NCBI RefSeq assembly: GCF_032062105.1
Contig: NW_026929709.1
Coordinates: forward strand, 248,001 to 312,000
Length of the DNA: 64,000 nt
Source: Saccostrea cucullata
Taxonomy: Eukaryota
Reading direction: 5' to 3'
The notes under the pieces were generated by a model. It did not search any database. It saw only the letters and a program-made list of their open reading frames with translations, and was not told the origin of the DNA. Position numbers and translations under genes: made by a program. This document shows positions 12,619 to 26,100 of the stretch, piece by piece. Position 1 is the first letter of the stretch; every line of letters begins with the position of its first letter.

Positions 12619-15447
12619 GGAAAATCGTATTCCGTGGGGTTATATTTATAATCAACCAACACCTATGTGCGTCATTTCGTTACTTGTTGACGAATTAAAA
12701 AGCGTATGTATACAAGATTAGGAAAAAAAATTATTTACGAAAGCGAAAAAGAAAAAAAAACTCAAAGGAGGTGGGATGGGGGGCACCAGTGAGTGCTGTA
12801 TTCCCCTTTTTATAGTTACTCTACATTTTAATGAAAACATAATGGTAAAATACCCCCCCCCTTTTCCTTTCATCTGCTTATTTCAATTTGTATATGACGA
12901 CCGGTGGAGGACATTGTCGGACATTTCTCTCAGAATCTACGATCTCCCGAAGCATTTTTGTTTCAAAAATATTCCCACATGATTCTTATATATCAAAATG
13001 TTTTGCATTAAATCGTAGCTTAAACTGAAAAAAAAATGTCAGCAAAAAGTGCATAGAGAAAAAAAAAACCTGCGCAATCAAATCTAAATAAAATTTTTGG
13101 AGAACAAATTAATTTATGCATCCCTTAAATAATTATTTTAAAATGATAGATACCTGCACGTCCATCTCACTCGGCATTTCAGTTGCGAATGCTTAATTAA
13201 AATGGGATACTAAATCAACTTTCTGCAAAATCATCTGATTGGTTGGGAGGTATGTACCCAAATACGCATGTAAATTAGTGAGGTCCTTGGAAAGGTCATG
13301 TCACAAGTCATTTAGAATACTCGTTTCTTACTGTATCAGAGATACAGGGCGGGGCCCGGCTCGAGCTATCGCTCTCGCCTCAAGCCCCGCCCTGTATCTC
13401 TGATACAGTAGGAAACTCGTACTCTAAATAATACTTATTGTAATGTGTTTTGTGGGTTCGACCACGGATGAAGTATTGATAAAAGAATTTTCCTTACGTT
13501 ACTTGACGTATTTATAGCTGATTGGATTAAATATAAAAACAAACACAATCAATAACTAAAAAGTCTGCTATTGAAAGTAATAGCTTGTGTAACCCCGAAA
13601 TGGACAAGACTTTCATTTTTTGTATCACTAAAACAATACCCATTAGCTAAGCTTGGACAACCATCAATTCATATCAGTCCTTTCAGTACTTTGATTTAAA
13701 AATCAAAGTTAAATAATTTTCACGTTTCCCCTGTTGGTATTGACAATTTGAAATTTTTAAATCCAATGAGCACAATTAAAAATACTAATCATTACATAAA
13801 TAAAATTTCATAAAGAATGTTCAAGGAACCAGAGAGAAAACTGGCGGACAAAATTCGTCGTTTTTTGCAGGTTTCCATGGCAACGGTAGCATTTTGAAAC
13901 TGAATGACCACACAACACAACTACAACCAGTGATCCTCCTTTGAGGAAAGTTTCAGGGAGATTGTTTCAGCCATCTACGAGAAACAGCGCGTAGAACAAA
14001 AACATGCGTACAATTGCAATATGTCGCCCGTGCATATGCTTGCACAATAATCATGGATTAATTTCGCTATATATTGCAAAGATTAAAATGGTTAGCCGAA
14101 AAGGTTCCAAATGACGTACTAAAGTGCACTTATTCTTTGAACGATTGTTACGTTATGAGGTTAACAAAAGTTATAACATTAAACTTGCAAAATTTGAATA
14201 TTCAAAGTTTCGAAATGGCTGAGAAACCGAGTTTTGAATTTACTAAGATAGGATCGGCATTCAGTTCCAAAAAGGGATGTTTTCGGAAAATTAAGGTGGA
14301 GCAGAGAGCAGTGATAAAATTCATAGTAGAGATCGGAAAATCACCTACAGTGACCCATAAATACTGTATAAACAGTCTTTAAAACAAAGTAAAGGAAACC
14401 CTTCTTTAATATTTAATGTTTTTCCACCCTCACAATTTTAATGGTTCAAAGTAAAAAAAAAACTGCATTTATTTTCATTTGATATTTACCAATAATCGCA
14501 AAAAAAAAATAGTTATAGGTCGCCATATTATTAATGACGGGAGACATAAATAAACAGAGGTCTAAGTTAACATAAAAAATCTTTAAAATGCATGATTTTG
14601 ATGCTAAGAGTTCCAAGATACTTCTTACTTATAAGATAATTTTGAACTGTGAATACCAGGGAAACTATTTTACATTAAAAGTACAATAAAGAAAATATCT
14701 TAGAAAGAGTAATTATCCTTGTCACAATTTTTTACAGATTGAATAATTGATTAAATGATGACAAAATACATTTTTAAAGTTTTATAACTTAACAATATTT
14801 TTTCATTACAACTATTGAAAAGCATTCATTTAAAAGACTTTTTTTCTATATCCTGTCTTAATCAATTTCTATTGATAATAGTTGTTGCAAAAACCTTATG
14901 ACATCACAGGAGGATGGTAATACCTTAAGTGGTTGATAAAATTTTTGACGCAAGGAAACAGTTTCCAAGATGATGTGCGACGGAAGACATCATTCCGAGA
15001 ATGCAGTGCCATAAAAATGAGCGTGACAGAGCGTGACTCTGTAAACAAAATCAAACAGAAGTTTGATGATTTGCAGGATCTGAGAGAGGAAGTTTTAAAT
15101 TTTACGTATGAAATCTGAGCAGTATGATTGTGCACTTTTTTTATGAGTGGTTAAATCGACATAAAAAAATATTGACTGTAACGTTACCTACCTTAAGAAA
15201 AAAACACGAATTAAGCTTTTGATGTCGGAGAACGTCAAAAATTGTCGTTTTAGTGCTCCGGGTATTAGCTATAGTGTGTGTCCTTTTCGTATATGATAAA
15301 AATATAATATTTGTGCTTTGTTTTTGTTCAAAACTTGCATATTAATAAAATGAGACATGAAATTAATGAAAATAATAGTTTCATATATTTCATTTATGCT
15401 AGTCAGTAATTATCAATGTTGTCCACGAACTTTACGGACAACCATCG
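12183..15447 (+). mobile_element. Degenerate mariner-family element with nested insertions
   Basis: TA-flanked TIRs CGAGTGTTGTCCGTAAAGTTCGTGGACA / TGTCCACGAACTTTACGGACAACCATCG; transposase fragment EQRAVIKFIVEIGKSPT at about 14300. Confidence 0.8.
13311..13428. repeat. Fold-back palindrome
   Basis: TACTGTATCAGAGATACAGGGCGGGGC pairs perfectly with GCCCCGCCCTGTATCTCTGATACAGTA; the arms extend further imperfectly. Confidence 0.85.
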
Positions 15448-15466
15448 TATATTACGTATATATGTA

Positions 15467-16547
15467 CGAGGGTTGTCCGTAAAGGTCGTGGACAACATTG
15501 ATAATTATTGACAAACATTGATAAGATAGATGAAACTATTATATTCATTAAACTAACGTTTCATTTATGCATATGCAAATTTTAAACAAAATCAAAGCAC
15601 AAATGGTTATATTTTATTAGATACAAAAGAGACACACACTCATACCCGGGGCACTAAAAGGAAAATATCCTTGACGTTACCCGACGTCAATTTTAAGCTT
15701 AATACATGTAACTTTTTATGAACACAGTCACCGTTTAACTCAATACATTTCTTATCTCGCTTTAAGCAGATATCAAAAATATGCATAAACTATTCAGATT
15801 TCATATGTAAAATAACATTTTACATCTCCTGTACCCGATCCTGCAAATAGTCAAATCTGTGTCCGCGCGAAAACGACTTTTTTTCATCAAATAAGGCAAA
15901 GTCGCGTTACGAAATTAATTTTTACAGCACTGCAATCTCGGAATGATGGTCTTCCTTCACGCATGTCATCCTGTAAACTTTTCCTTCCGGCCGAAAATTT
16001 TATATTCCACTATAAATACTAAAGAAAAACTTCCTTAACTATATTTTCTCGATTGTTTACAGCATTTTGGGGTCTCTGTTGATGTTTTCTTGACGTCTAC
16101 GCAGAATTTTGTCATTGTTCACTGCTCTGCCTTTTCCGAAAACGACCCTTTTACGAACAATGCTGATCCTGTCTTAATAAATTCTAACCTCGATTTCTCG
16201 GCCATTTCTAAACTCTGAACGTTCAAATTTTGCAGGTTTGAAGATATAACGTTTGTCAACCCTATAATGTAAAAACAATCCGAATTTCAGCAAATTTTAC
16301 GAAAAGCAAATGAAATTCATAAAGTGAAAAAAATATTTTTGATTAAAATTTTGCGGTGCTCCGCGTCACCATCCCATGTTTAATAATAAAGCCATTATTG
16401 TAATAATATATTTGAAATTAAATATAATTTTACATTATTTTACTAATTTACATTACGTTAAGGAACATAAATAAGTTAATAATAAATATCAATGACGCCA
16501 TTTTTGTTAAAATTTGCACTTGTCCACTAACTTTACGGACAATCCTC
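15467..16547 (-). mobile_element. Second copy of the same mariner family, inverted and directly adjacent
   Basis: TIRs CGAGGGTTGTCCGTAAAGGTCGTGGACA / TGTCCACTAACTTTACGGACAATCCTCG; the interior is a diverged reverse complement of about 14160-14340 and 14930-15447. Confidence 0.8.
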
Positions 16548-16890
16548 GTGTTTTGCCTGTTTACAAGTTGATATTTACAACATTTTGAAAACCATAACAC
16601 AAACAAGAGGTCAAAAAATTTAGAATTGTTTTATTTTATAGTCAAATTCGTTGAACGTCGTGGAAGTGCTACGTTATAAGCGAACATCAAACATCACGTG
16701 CACGTTACATTACATACAGTCCAAAGTTCGTACTACTGTAACAGTTATGAAGTATGATAAAATTATAACATTACATGTATATGTATGATACATAACGTAT
16801 TTCTTATTCCATGCATATAAATTATAAAAACTTTATAATTAGATTTGCTCTTTTTTCTCTGTTTTTTCTTTAAAAGCGCCGGTTTTTGGT

Positions 16891-18893
16891 CTATTCGTCT
16901 CTTACAGAGACTGAATATTTAGGAAGACCATTATTCTTCGGGAATGAAGACACGGAAGGGGGCGCACTCTTCTCCGATGGCATCACGGAGAAAATACTTG
17001 GATACAGACCTTTGCCCTCTGGTTCTAAGTCTTGGTCTGTTTCTATCTGCAAAAAAAGAATTTGTGGAAATAATATTGTTCTCACCACTAATTATAGATT
17101 AGACAATATAACTTAAATTAGTCTGGCAACTAAAACTACCTTTTGTTTACTTCTGTGCCTTTTATACAGATACAAAACAGTAAGAAAACAGACCAATATT
17201 CCTCCAAGTACAGCAACCCACCATGGAACTGCGAAGAACAGATTTCACATATTTATCAAAAGATAGTAATTCATATAAAACTTTGTTGCACGTACATTGC
17301 CACTTATATGCTAATGCTTGTACATACAATTATATCAAACTGGCAATATAAGCGTAACAAAGCGCTTGAAATATAAAAGAGGAAGGACTAGCAATCAACT
17401 TCATTGACTTTTCAAAATCAGCTTTTGTCTTGTGAAAGAAAATTTACTTTTTAAACATAGTGGACGTGGCATTAACAAAAATAACCTTGAGTCGACTTTT
17501 GAACCTTCGGACTGGAGGTGGTAGAATTAATCTTGTTTTTATTGCAATCTGCATTCAATGTTCCACAATTCATCGACATTCTGCGGTTTTCAGCTAGGAC
17601 CATTTAAAAGATTAATGAGAAAAATAATGAAAATTTGAGTTTAAAATTCATATTTTTGTGCTTTAATAGCTAAATTATCAACTTACATTTAAATGCGATC
17701 CAAAACACTCCATACCCTTTGAAGTGAACATAAAAATGGTTTGTCAAATTAGCGACCTCCTCAAGCCTGTAAAAATTGGTGTATTTTCCAGGAAATGTAT
17801 ATACATTTGCACAAGATGACTTGTCATAAATAGAGAGTAAATCAGAAACTCCAAGTTGGACATCTATAACAATTAGTCTAACGTAAACACTGTCCGCAAT
17901 CACTTCACACCATACGTCCTCAAAATGCCTGTTTGGGGAGTGGTAATTAAATGACTGAAGATAAACGACGGCAAAATTACTGGCATTATATCTTCTCTGG
18001 CGTAGATTTACTATATTCATTTCTGAAACAAGATTATATAATAGGTTTTTGTTAGCTTTAAGAAAATGTTTCATGCAGAATTTTAAACTATATAATTTCA
18101 TAAAGTAAAATTGATCTGTCCAATGATCTAACAATCATTAAAATGTTAATCTTCAAAAATCTAAAGTGAATAGCCACCTCTGACTACAAAGTTTTAAACG
18201 AGAGACTGTAATTTATACATGTTATATAGAACGGAAACCAATTAGAAGGTGTTCATGTATAAACTCACGCAAAAATCACGAATTTATCACGCAAACCAAT
18301 CGATTGATCACATCATTAAATCGAAAAATAAGACAGTTATTCCTTAAATAAATAATTTAGCATACACTGACGATTCAGTAGGTATGTGTTCCAACAAGCA
18401 CTGCATGAATGAACAAATTTCAATACTTACAGTAATGTCTAACGCATGTTACATTTATACTTTATAAAAAGTTTTACATGTTTGCATTATGAGAGTTACT
18501 TACGCTTGATGCAGTAATACTGAATTTCTGCGAAGTCGACTTCATTTGCAAGGTTAGCTGACGAGCAGTCTTGTGATGTGGACATCCGCTTTATATTATG
18601 AGCGCAAAATTTTAATTGTCCCGTGCACTTTTTCTGCAAGTCGAAAGTCGTCCCTGGATACTTTGTGTTAGGATATGTGACTATACAGTCTCCAATATCA
18701 TTACTCACACAGCACGACCTCTGACCACTGCAGCCGCTACTTGCTTTCTTTGTTATTGTCGTAATAGAGGAAATTGCTATGACATCTTTTTCAAGCTTGA
18801 GGTTACTACAGTTCGGGTAAATAATAGGTTCTGAAGATAAGTAACATATTGTTCTGTTATACAGAGCTTCTGGGAGAGACAAATCAGCCAAAA
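16891..18893 (-). CDS. Gene C: paralogue (lectin-like, CUB-like, short stalk, TM, truncated tail); first exon not located
   Basis: Exons 18893-18504 (LPEALY...IAISSI...SCC...DC...KCTG...YYCIK), 18022-17687 (VYLQSFNY...WCEV...VIDV...GVFWIAFK), 17593-17486 (weak GTTATT donor), 17228-17140 (TM VPWWVAVLGGILVCFLTVLYLY, KRHR) and 17046-16891 (stop TAG). Phases are consistent. Confidence 0.75.
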
Positions 18894-19081
18894 CTGAAAA
18901 ACAATGCAGAAAATGCAAGTTTACTTTACCTACAACATAAAAAATAATATGCCTATTTGAATAAAAATTCCTCTTAAATAAAGATATTACATGTATCTGA
19001 AATTGTACCATTTGGCTTAATATTATATATAGTCTATTTATATTCCCTATATAATCTATAAAAACGCAAACAGTTTAGAAC

Positions 19082-20661
19082 ACTAGAAACGATCTCGTTG
19101 CGAGCAACGAGGTCTTCCGTCCGATTCTGAAATAAAAAACGAAAAATCCAGCCAAAAAAGTTATAAAAAATACGCACACACGGGGGATCGAACCCGGGTC
19201 GACCGCGTGAAAATCAAACGCGCTTTTTGTTATTCCGAACGCGCCATCCATTACGCTATCGAGGCCACTGCTCTAAATGCACTTGTATATACTTGTATAT
19301 ACAGAAAATGTCATAGCATTATGAAAGGCGGGCCACTATTCATAATTTTGCGCCAATCGCCACGAGTAAATTTTCGCGCCTTTCCTTTGGAATGTCTTAT
19401 TAAATAGATGTGCTAGCTTCAATGAAATGACAAAAGACCGTTCTTATCTCCTAAATTTCGAGGTGTAGAAAGTATATTTAACACATCACATATCATGTAA
19501 AGGCAAGTAACACTAAAGCTTTGAAACGGCTATGAATGGTTCACTTTCTTAAATTTCCTGTTTATCACGAAAATGGACTATTCCGAATACCTACACTTTC
19601 ATAAAAAATTTTGAAATGTTTCACCGAAAAAATGACTCGCCCTACGACGGTCAAGGAACAAGATACCATCTATATTCAATAACTTGGAATGAGAAAAAAA
19701 TATTTATATAAAGTCAATTAAATGATCTTTTAAAAATAGTTATCTTATCTTTTAAAAAAAATTCTTTTTGTTGTCTTTTCTTCAGTTTAATATGACACAA
19801 GTGTGCACGGGAAAACAGTGGTCACATCTTATACTTACTATATATATTGTTTCTTGAAAAACCATTGCTTATAACCATGATTAAAGATCTGTTTTTCCTT
19901 GGTGTAAAACAAAACAAAAAACCAGCCAAAACCAATTAAAGAAGGCGTTTAAGAAGACCATGGATTAAAACTTTAGTTTGACAAGAATTGCAACGTAACT
20001 ACGACGTGACAATCCAAGTACTCATTCACATTTCATTGATCCTTATGTTACTTTCGTTCAACCAAACGCTTGGCTGCCTCCGTAAACCCTATTCGCTAAA
20101 TGGCGGAGTCTACGGAGACATCCGCCATTTTGGACCCGCTTCAGATATTCAAATTTTAATATCTCGAGTTTGGATTTATCAATTTAAAACCAAATTATAT
20201 ATTTAGCCTATTTAAAAGGGTGTCTATTAACCTTCCTAAAATAATTCAAAAAATATTGAAAAACAAAAAAGTAACAAAATTCGACTTTTTTAATTCTCAT
20301 CTGGTAACGACCGGAAATAGAAAGACGAACAAAAGATCGCGTCCTGGATAGTACTTATCACGATCTATAATCCCTGAAAGTTTCACAGTGATATCTTTTG
20401 CCGTTCTTGAGATTAACCATGGACAAAATGTCATTTTAAAATCAGAAAATTGTCCGTAACTTGGCACCAGATAGGAATTTCCAAAAAATCTCTCAGATAA
20501 AATAACTTCAGATAATAACACATTTTTCCTGCAAATTTCATGAAAATTTGTCCAGTAGTCTTTGAGAAATCGCGTGCACAAAATTAGATGTACGGAGAAA
20601 TGATAATAAGAAGAAACAGTAGAATCACTATAAGGTCTTCCGTGAAGACGGAAGACCTTAA
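19082..20661. mobile_element. Helentron-type non-autonomous element (HINE-like)
   Basis: One end has the palindrome CTCGTTGCGAGCAACGAG plus GTCTTCCG; the other has the hairpin AAGGTCTTCCGT-GAAG-ACGGAAGACCTT, which carries the same sub-terminal motif. Confidence 0.65.
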
Positions 20662-21231
20662 CTACTTATTCACCGTATTTGGGCCGTATTCACCGGAGAG
20701 TCGGTGCGCCTGCAGCGGCATTATGACGTCACAATCAACTAGCAAAACTCGAAAAGGAAAACACGGAGGTTACATTTTTTTTATGGCAGAAGTTTGTAAA
20801 TGAAAATGGTGTCGTTATGTAGCATTCAGTGCCTTATTTATTCAAAATTGGACCATGTAATAAAAAATGGACTCTTTTGATGTTGAATATGATTTCACCA
20901 GAAAAAATATCAATATTGACACGTGTCAAAGCCGAGATCAATATCAATATTTCTCTGGCGAATAACAAACCATATTGAACATCAACAGAGTCCATAATTG
21001 TATAATATTTGACGAATTGAAGATTGATTTTACTGTACTTTGACAAAAAGGGGCATGTATTTCTTATTCTTTTGTCCCCCGCTGAAAGTTGGGTTCTTAA
21101 TTTCGGTCTGTCTGTCCGACCGTCTAGCTGTCTGACTGTAACACTTTTGTTTCCACCAGAGAGAAAGACAATGAGAGAGATAGCTGCAGCTCTGTGGCGT
21201 TATGGTTTATATATGTTTATCTTTGACCATA

Positions 21232-21657
21232 ACGCTACAGATCCCGTAATGCAAAAAAAAAAAAATGCAATTTATGGCGCAATATTTTTTGCACACTTTT
21301 GGGGAGAATTTCTCCACTTTCCAGCATCGGTCAATTCACTGTCTTTCATTCCCTAATTCTGGGCATATTATTTAACTATAAATCTGTATATTTTATCAAT
21401 CTCCAAACCCTTTCCAATCGTCTCTACAAGTGACTCGCTTTATTAGAATTATTTGTCAAGCGAGTTTATTGCCCGTAGAGAGACAACTATAAATGGCTGG
21501 TAGGTGAATAAACTACACATATTGGCTACAAAATGTGTCTAAATTTAGGTAGTAAAAGGTACTTGATTGACCAGTGCTAGAAAGTAGAGAAATTCTTCCA
21601 AAAAGTGCGCAAAAATATTGCGCCGGAAATTGCACCTTTTGCAGGATCTGCAGCTAA
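21232..21657. mobile_element. MITE with about 100-bp imperfect TIRs
   Basis: GCTACAGATCC...GGCGCAATATTTTTTGCACACTTTT...CGGTCAAT mirrors ATTGACCAG...AAAAGTGCGCAAAAATATTGCGCC...GGATCTGCAGC. Confidence 0.6.
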
Positions 21658-22192
21658 GAGAGACAGACAGACAGACAGATAGACAGACAAACAGATGGTG
21701 TTTGTATATAAACCGTAGAATGAAGTCTTACCTACTGAAAAAGAGAGAAAATAAACCAAAGCCTCCATGTTTTAAGGAAGTATATTAAGCAGTTTCTTCA
21801 TTTTAAAACTCTTAATTTAATCTGAGAACGGAATATTAAGCTGATAATGGACCATTTATCAACCATTCTTTTTTACTTACAGAAGAATTTGATAACGATT
21901 TGAAATGAAGTGAAGTCCTAGATAAGACTTATTTTGTTATTAGACCCATTAGTGTAGTTCAATCAAGTCGTTGATTGTTTAAAATACACCTATGTTAAGC
22001 AGACGCTTTTATACCTTTCTTTGTATTTCATTTGTATTAATTCTGTTATTTTTTTTAAAAATCTATCAGTAATTCATCTACATGTACATGCATAATGGAA
22101 ATTCAAATTCATGCTTTTGTTATGTTTCTTTTCTTCTTAGCTCAAAAGGAAATATCAAATCAACGTAGGAATGTAAAGAATATTGTAAATTG

Positions 22193-22496
22193 NNNNNNNN
22201 NNNNNNNNNNNNNNNNNNNNNNNNNNNNNNNNNNNNNNNNNNNNNNNNNNNNNNNNNNNNNNNNNNNNNNNNNNNNNNNNNNNNNNNNNNNNNNNNNNNN
22301 NNNNNNNNNNNNNNNNNNNNNNNNNNNNNNNNNNNNNNNNNNNNNNNNNNNNNNNNNNNNNNNNNNNNNNNNNNNNNNNNNNNNNNNNNNNNNNNNNNNN
22401 NNNNNNNNNNNNNNNNNNNNNNNNNNNNNNNNNNNNNNNNNNNNNNNNNNNNNNNNNNNNNNNNNNNNNNNNNNNNNNNNNNNNNNNNNNNNNNNN
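22193..22496. other. Assembly gap (304 N)
   Basis: Run of N. Confidence 0.99.
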
Positions 22497-23125
22497 GAAC
22501 CCATCTGTAAAAAAGACCTGGGGACCAGCGCAAAGAATTCTGCTCAGTAAAATCAATGCATTTTCTTTGATCCCAAAATATGTATCTAAATATTTTATCA
22601 AAAATATTGTGCAAATAATTCTTCAAAAAGGGTCTTCATACGAATTTGGACCGCTCCTGACTACTCAATAGTTTGTCCTATACTTCCAAATATATGAAGG
22701 AAAAAAGATGTCAAATTTAAAACGATTTATATTTCCATACTCAACATTTAATTCATTTATTCAATTTTAATGTTATGTTTGTAACATTTAAGGAATGTCA
22801 AATTTGCTTTAAGTGATAAATCATTCACGATAAAAGTTGGTAATCGACAAGTTCTAAACAAAACTGTTATGTTGTGAATCTATACAGCATGGAGATTATT
22901 TATATCATATTTATTCCTTGATCTTTTATAGATTGTATATACATTTTTTTAAAAATCATTTACAAGGTTAAAACCTAGACTGAACTCTACGTCAAGTATT
23001 TTTTCAATTTTGAAAAAAAATCAGACACTTTTGGAATACTGGATTGTTTTGATGTAGCCTTGCTACTCGTCACTGATACTTTTTATTCTTTCCTACTTCA
23101 TTTCATGTAATTGAATTTCAATGAA

Positions 23126-26100
23126 TTAGAAATTATCCTTGTTCGATAGATTGTCATCAGGTACATCAGTTTCTTCTCTGCGTTTTGACTTCTTCTTCTT
23201 CTTCTTCTTCTTCTTTTTACTCTTTTTCTCCGGTATGCTTTCCGTCTCTTGTACACCACTTTCCTCTATTTTCGGAAGGGCATTATTTCGTTTGTCTGGA
23301 ATAAATATATCAATGGTGGTCTGACAGGGAGGAATCAAATGTTTCTCATCTGGTGTGACGAAGAAGGCGTCCTCGGGGGATGTACCTTTCTCTGTGTTTA
23401 CGTCGCTTACCTGTAATAACAAAATAAATAATCTGTAAATAACAAACATAGTAAATGAATAGTAGTTTGTTGAAATTTGTCAAATAAAACAGTCAATATT
23501 AAAGTATCTTTAACATCATCAATATCTGAAAAACAAGTGAGGATTTCAATCCAAAGCGTTTAAATAGAAGTCTATAGCATGTATCATCTGCATGATGTAT
23601 TTGAGGAAAAATCAGACAATGGCACAGTGTGTATTCATTACTCGCTCAATGTTTGCATATTAAATACCAAGTTTAATTTATGTCATAATATAATAGCCAT
23701 AATTCAGAATAGCATCTACCAAATTTATGCCATTGGTTTTACAAAGAAAACAATATGCTTTGAAATAAAGGCTTCTCAGTGTTCTTTTAAACAATTGTTT
23801 TTACATATACAGGGTGTTTCACAATATATGTCACACATCTAAATGGTCATAATCTGAATATCGAGACAGATACCAAAAATACCAAAACACTATAGTTAAG
23901 CATACTGATCTAAAATTATTATATTGCATAGTATCGGGAAAATTATAATAAACCATGAAGTAGCTGATGATATAATCAGTGATGTCATAATTTCAGCTTT
24001 CTCAAAATTGCGTAAAATTTGCAGCAAAAATTTTTTGTAAACTTTTATTATAAGAACCGTTTAAGATTTCTTAAATATTTTACAGGGGGTGATGATAAAA
24101 AATACCTAGACCAGCAATTACTGTCTATTTTTCTTATATTAATAATAATTAGAGGTTTAAATTAAATTATAATGTAAAGATAAAAAACAGCTAAAACCTG
24201 CCTCCTCTTCACCCCACCCCCAAAAAATCAAAAAGAGATAAAAACAATATCAGAGTGAAGTCAATCAATGAGAAAACCTCATGAAAGTCAGATCTGAGTT
24301 TAGGAGATGTGTTGTAACAATGCCAGTAAGTGTATTAGGAGTATTTGAAATCTTAAGTTTGAGTAAAGTGTGTCTGCATACAAGATTTCAACGTTTAAAG
24401 TCAAATGACATAAAAGAGCCAGGGTTAAAGTTTGCAAGATTGAACAAAAGAGCAAAGAAGTACACCAATTAACACATACCGGTAGTTCTGAAACGACACA
24501 TTTATTAAAATGCAACTTTAAATAAAAATGGATTTGCAATTTGGAGGTTCCAAAAGGCCAGATATAAAACAAGAAAAGTCTCAATAATCTTCGAAAACTT
24601 ACAAAACAGTGATCAGAAATTTATAAGCATTAGTCTCTTAAGTTATTCAGGACAATGTTGGGAAAACACTTGGAGAATAACATTTTAGGATTTGTTGCCA
24701 TAGTAACTAGAAGAGAATTTTGAATAGCATCTACCAAAAAATAATTTTGAATATATGCTCATTAAAATGATATATAAAATGTATATGTAGCTTTTGTTGT
24801 CATTTATCAAATCTGTCTTTAGATGTGTGACATATATTGTGAAACACCCTGTATGTATCAATTTGTTTATTGATACATTTTGAAAAAAAGTTCTTATCAG
24901 TACACAATATCTGCTTTTTTTAAACAGTCATGAAATTCTTGTTAGGTATGTAGAAATAAAACATATTCATCTTACTTTTCTTTGACGTTTCTTATATTTG
25001 TACACAATGCCTCCTATCATAATAAGAGCCGGGAATCCGATAATTAAAGCAATCCACCACAAATCTGAAATAAATACAAACCAGGGTTTTAGATAATGAC
25101 CTTGGTTAAATAATGTCGCGTGTATGCTTAAAATATACATTTCGAGTATGTGTACAATTCTGCAGTTCTACAGCACTGTAAAATCCCCTTCTGCTTGGAA
25201 TTCGAAGAATATGACTTTGTGAGACAAAGCTTGTATACAACCAGGGGAAAAATGAGTAACAATACTCGGTCTAATCACTTTTCTTTTTCTGCGAAATGAA
25301 TATCATGAATATGTAAATCTACAGATAAAGAAGTAGATTGAATCCATATAAAAAGAGCCCCTTTAATTTTCATCATTGTAATAAAGTTTTTACCCCTTTT
25401 TTGATTTGTGTTATGGTTATCACAAAGCAAGTTGAAAGATTAGAGTCTAAATTATCATTAATGCATGACATGTATTTTCATTGCAGACTTTTTGAGTTGA
25501 TTAGTTTATTTTACAATTTTGTCCCACTACGACATACTATGGAGTTATTTTATTTGTGTGGTGCAGGGCTCATGGGCATATGGAATTTAACTTGTCCATT
25601 GAGACGAATTTTCTGGGCTGAAAATTCGTGTGTAAGGACCTCCACTTGAACAATGATGAGTTTAAAGTATACAGCTCTAACGAAAAAGATAAAGCTTTAA
25701 GTAGAACAGTATTTAGATTTTTTTCTTTTCTAACAAAGTGGTAAAGTCCTCTAAACATTATTTAACCATTTCTCTAATTGCATTTCGCCGCCTGCATGGC
25801 GCAGTGGTTAGATCATCTGCACTAAAATTACAGAGTAAGGAGTTAATCATAATGTTGGGGGTTCGAGTCCCTCTGTGGGACGTGGGGAGCGGTCCTTCGG
25901 ATGAAACCGAATATCCCGAGGTCCCGATCACAGTTGGTGTTTGTATGAACGAGATCCATTCTTTACTCCTTAATGGTCCTGATTGTCGAGTATAGGACAA
26001 AATGTCCAGCACTGTACTAGTAAATGGTGGCGTCTTAACATGAGTGAAAAATTCTAGAGAGGGACCTTAAACAACAAACAAACAAAATACTTACTATATT

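Noticed and set aside
18894-19011. In-frame upstream extension MVQFQIHV... as the start of gene C
   Set aside because: Poor signal peptide, and a good acceptor (TTTTTCAG) lies at the position matching the paralogues; the true exon 1 is unresolved.
21880-21950. Candidate signal exon for gene C with a GTAAGT donor
   Set aside because: There is an in-frame stop and no usable ATG in the required phase.
22095-22626. Five ORFs in the track spanning poly-X
   Set aside because: Artefacts of the N gap.
25787-25885. tRNA gene candidates (also about 34090, 27020 and 55090)
   Set aside because: A/B boxes are present but there is no full cloverleaf, and they are followed by SINE bodies and tails.
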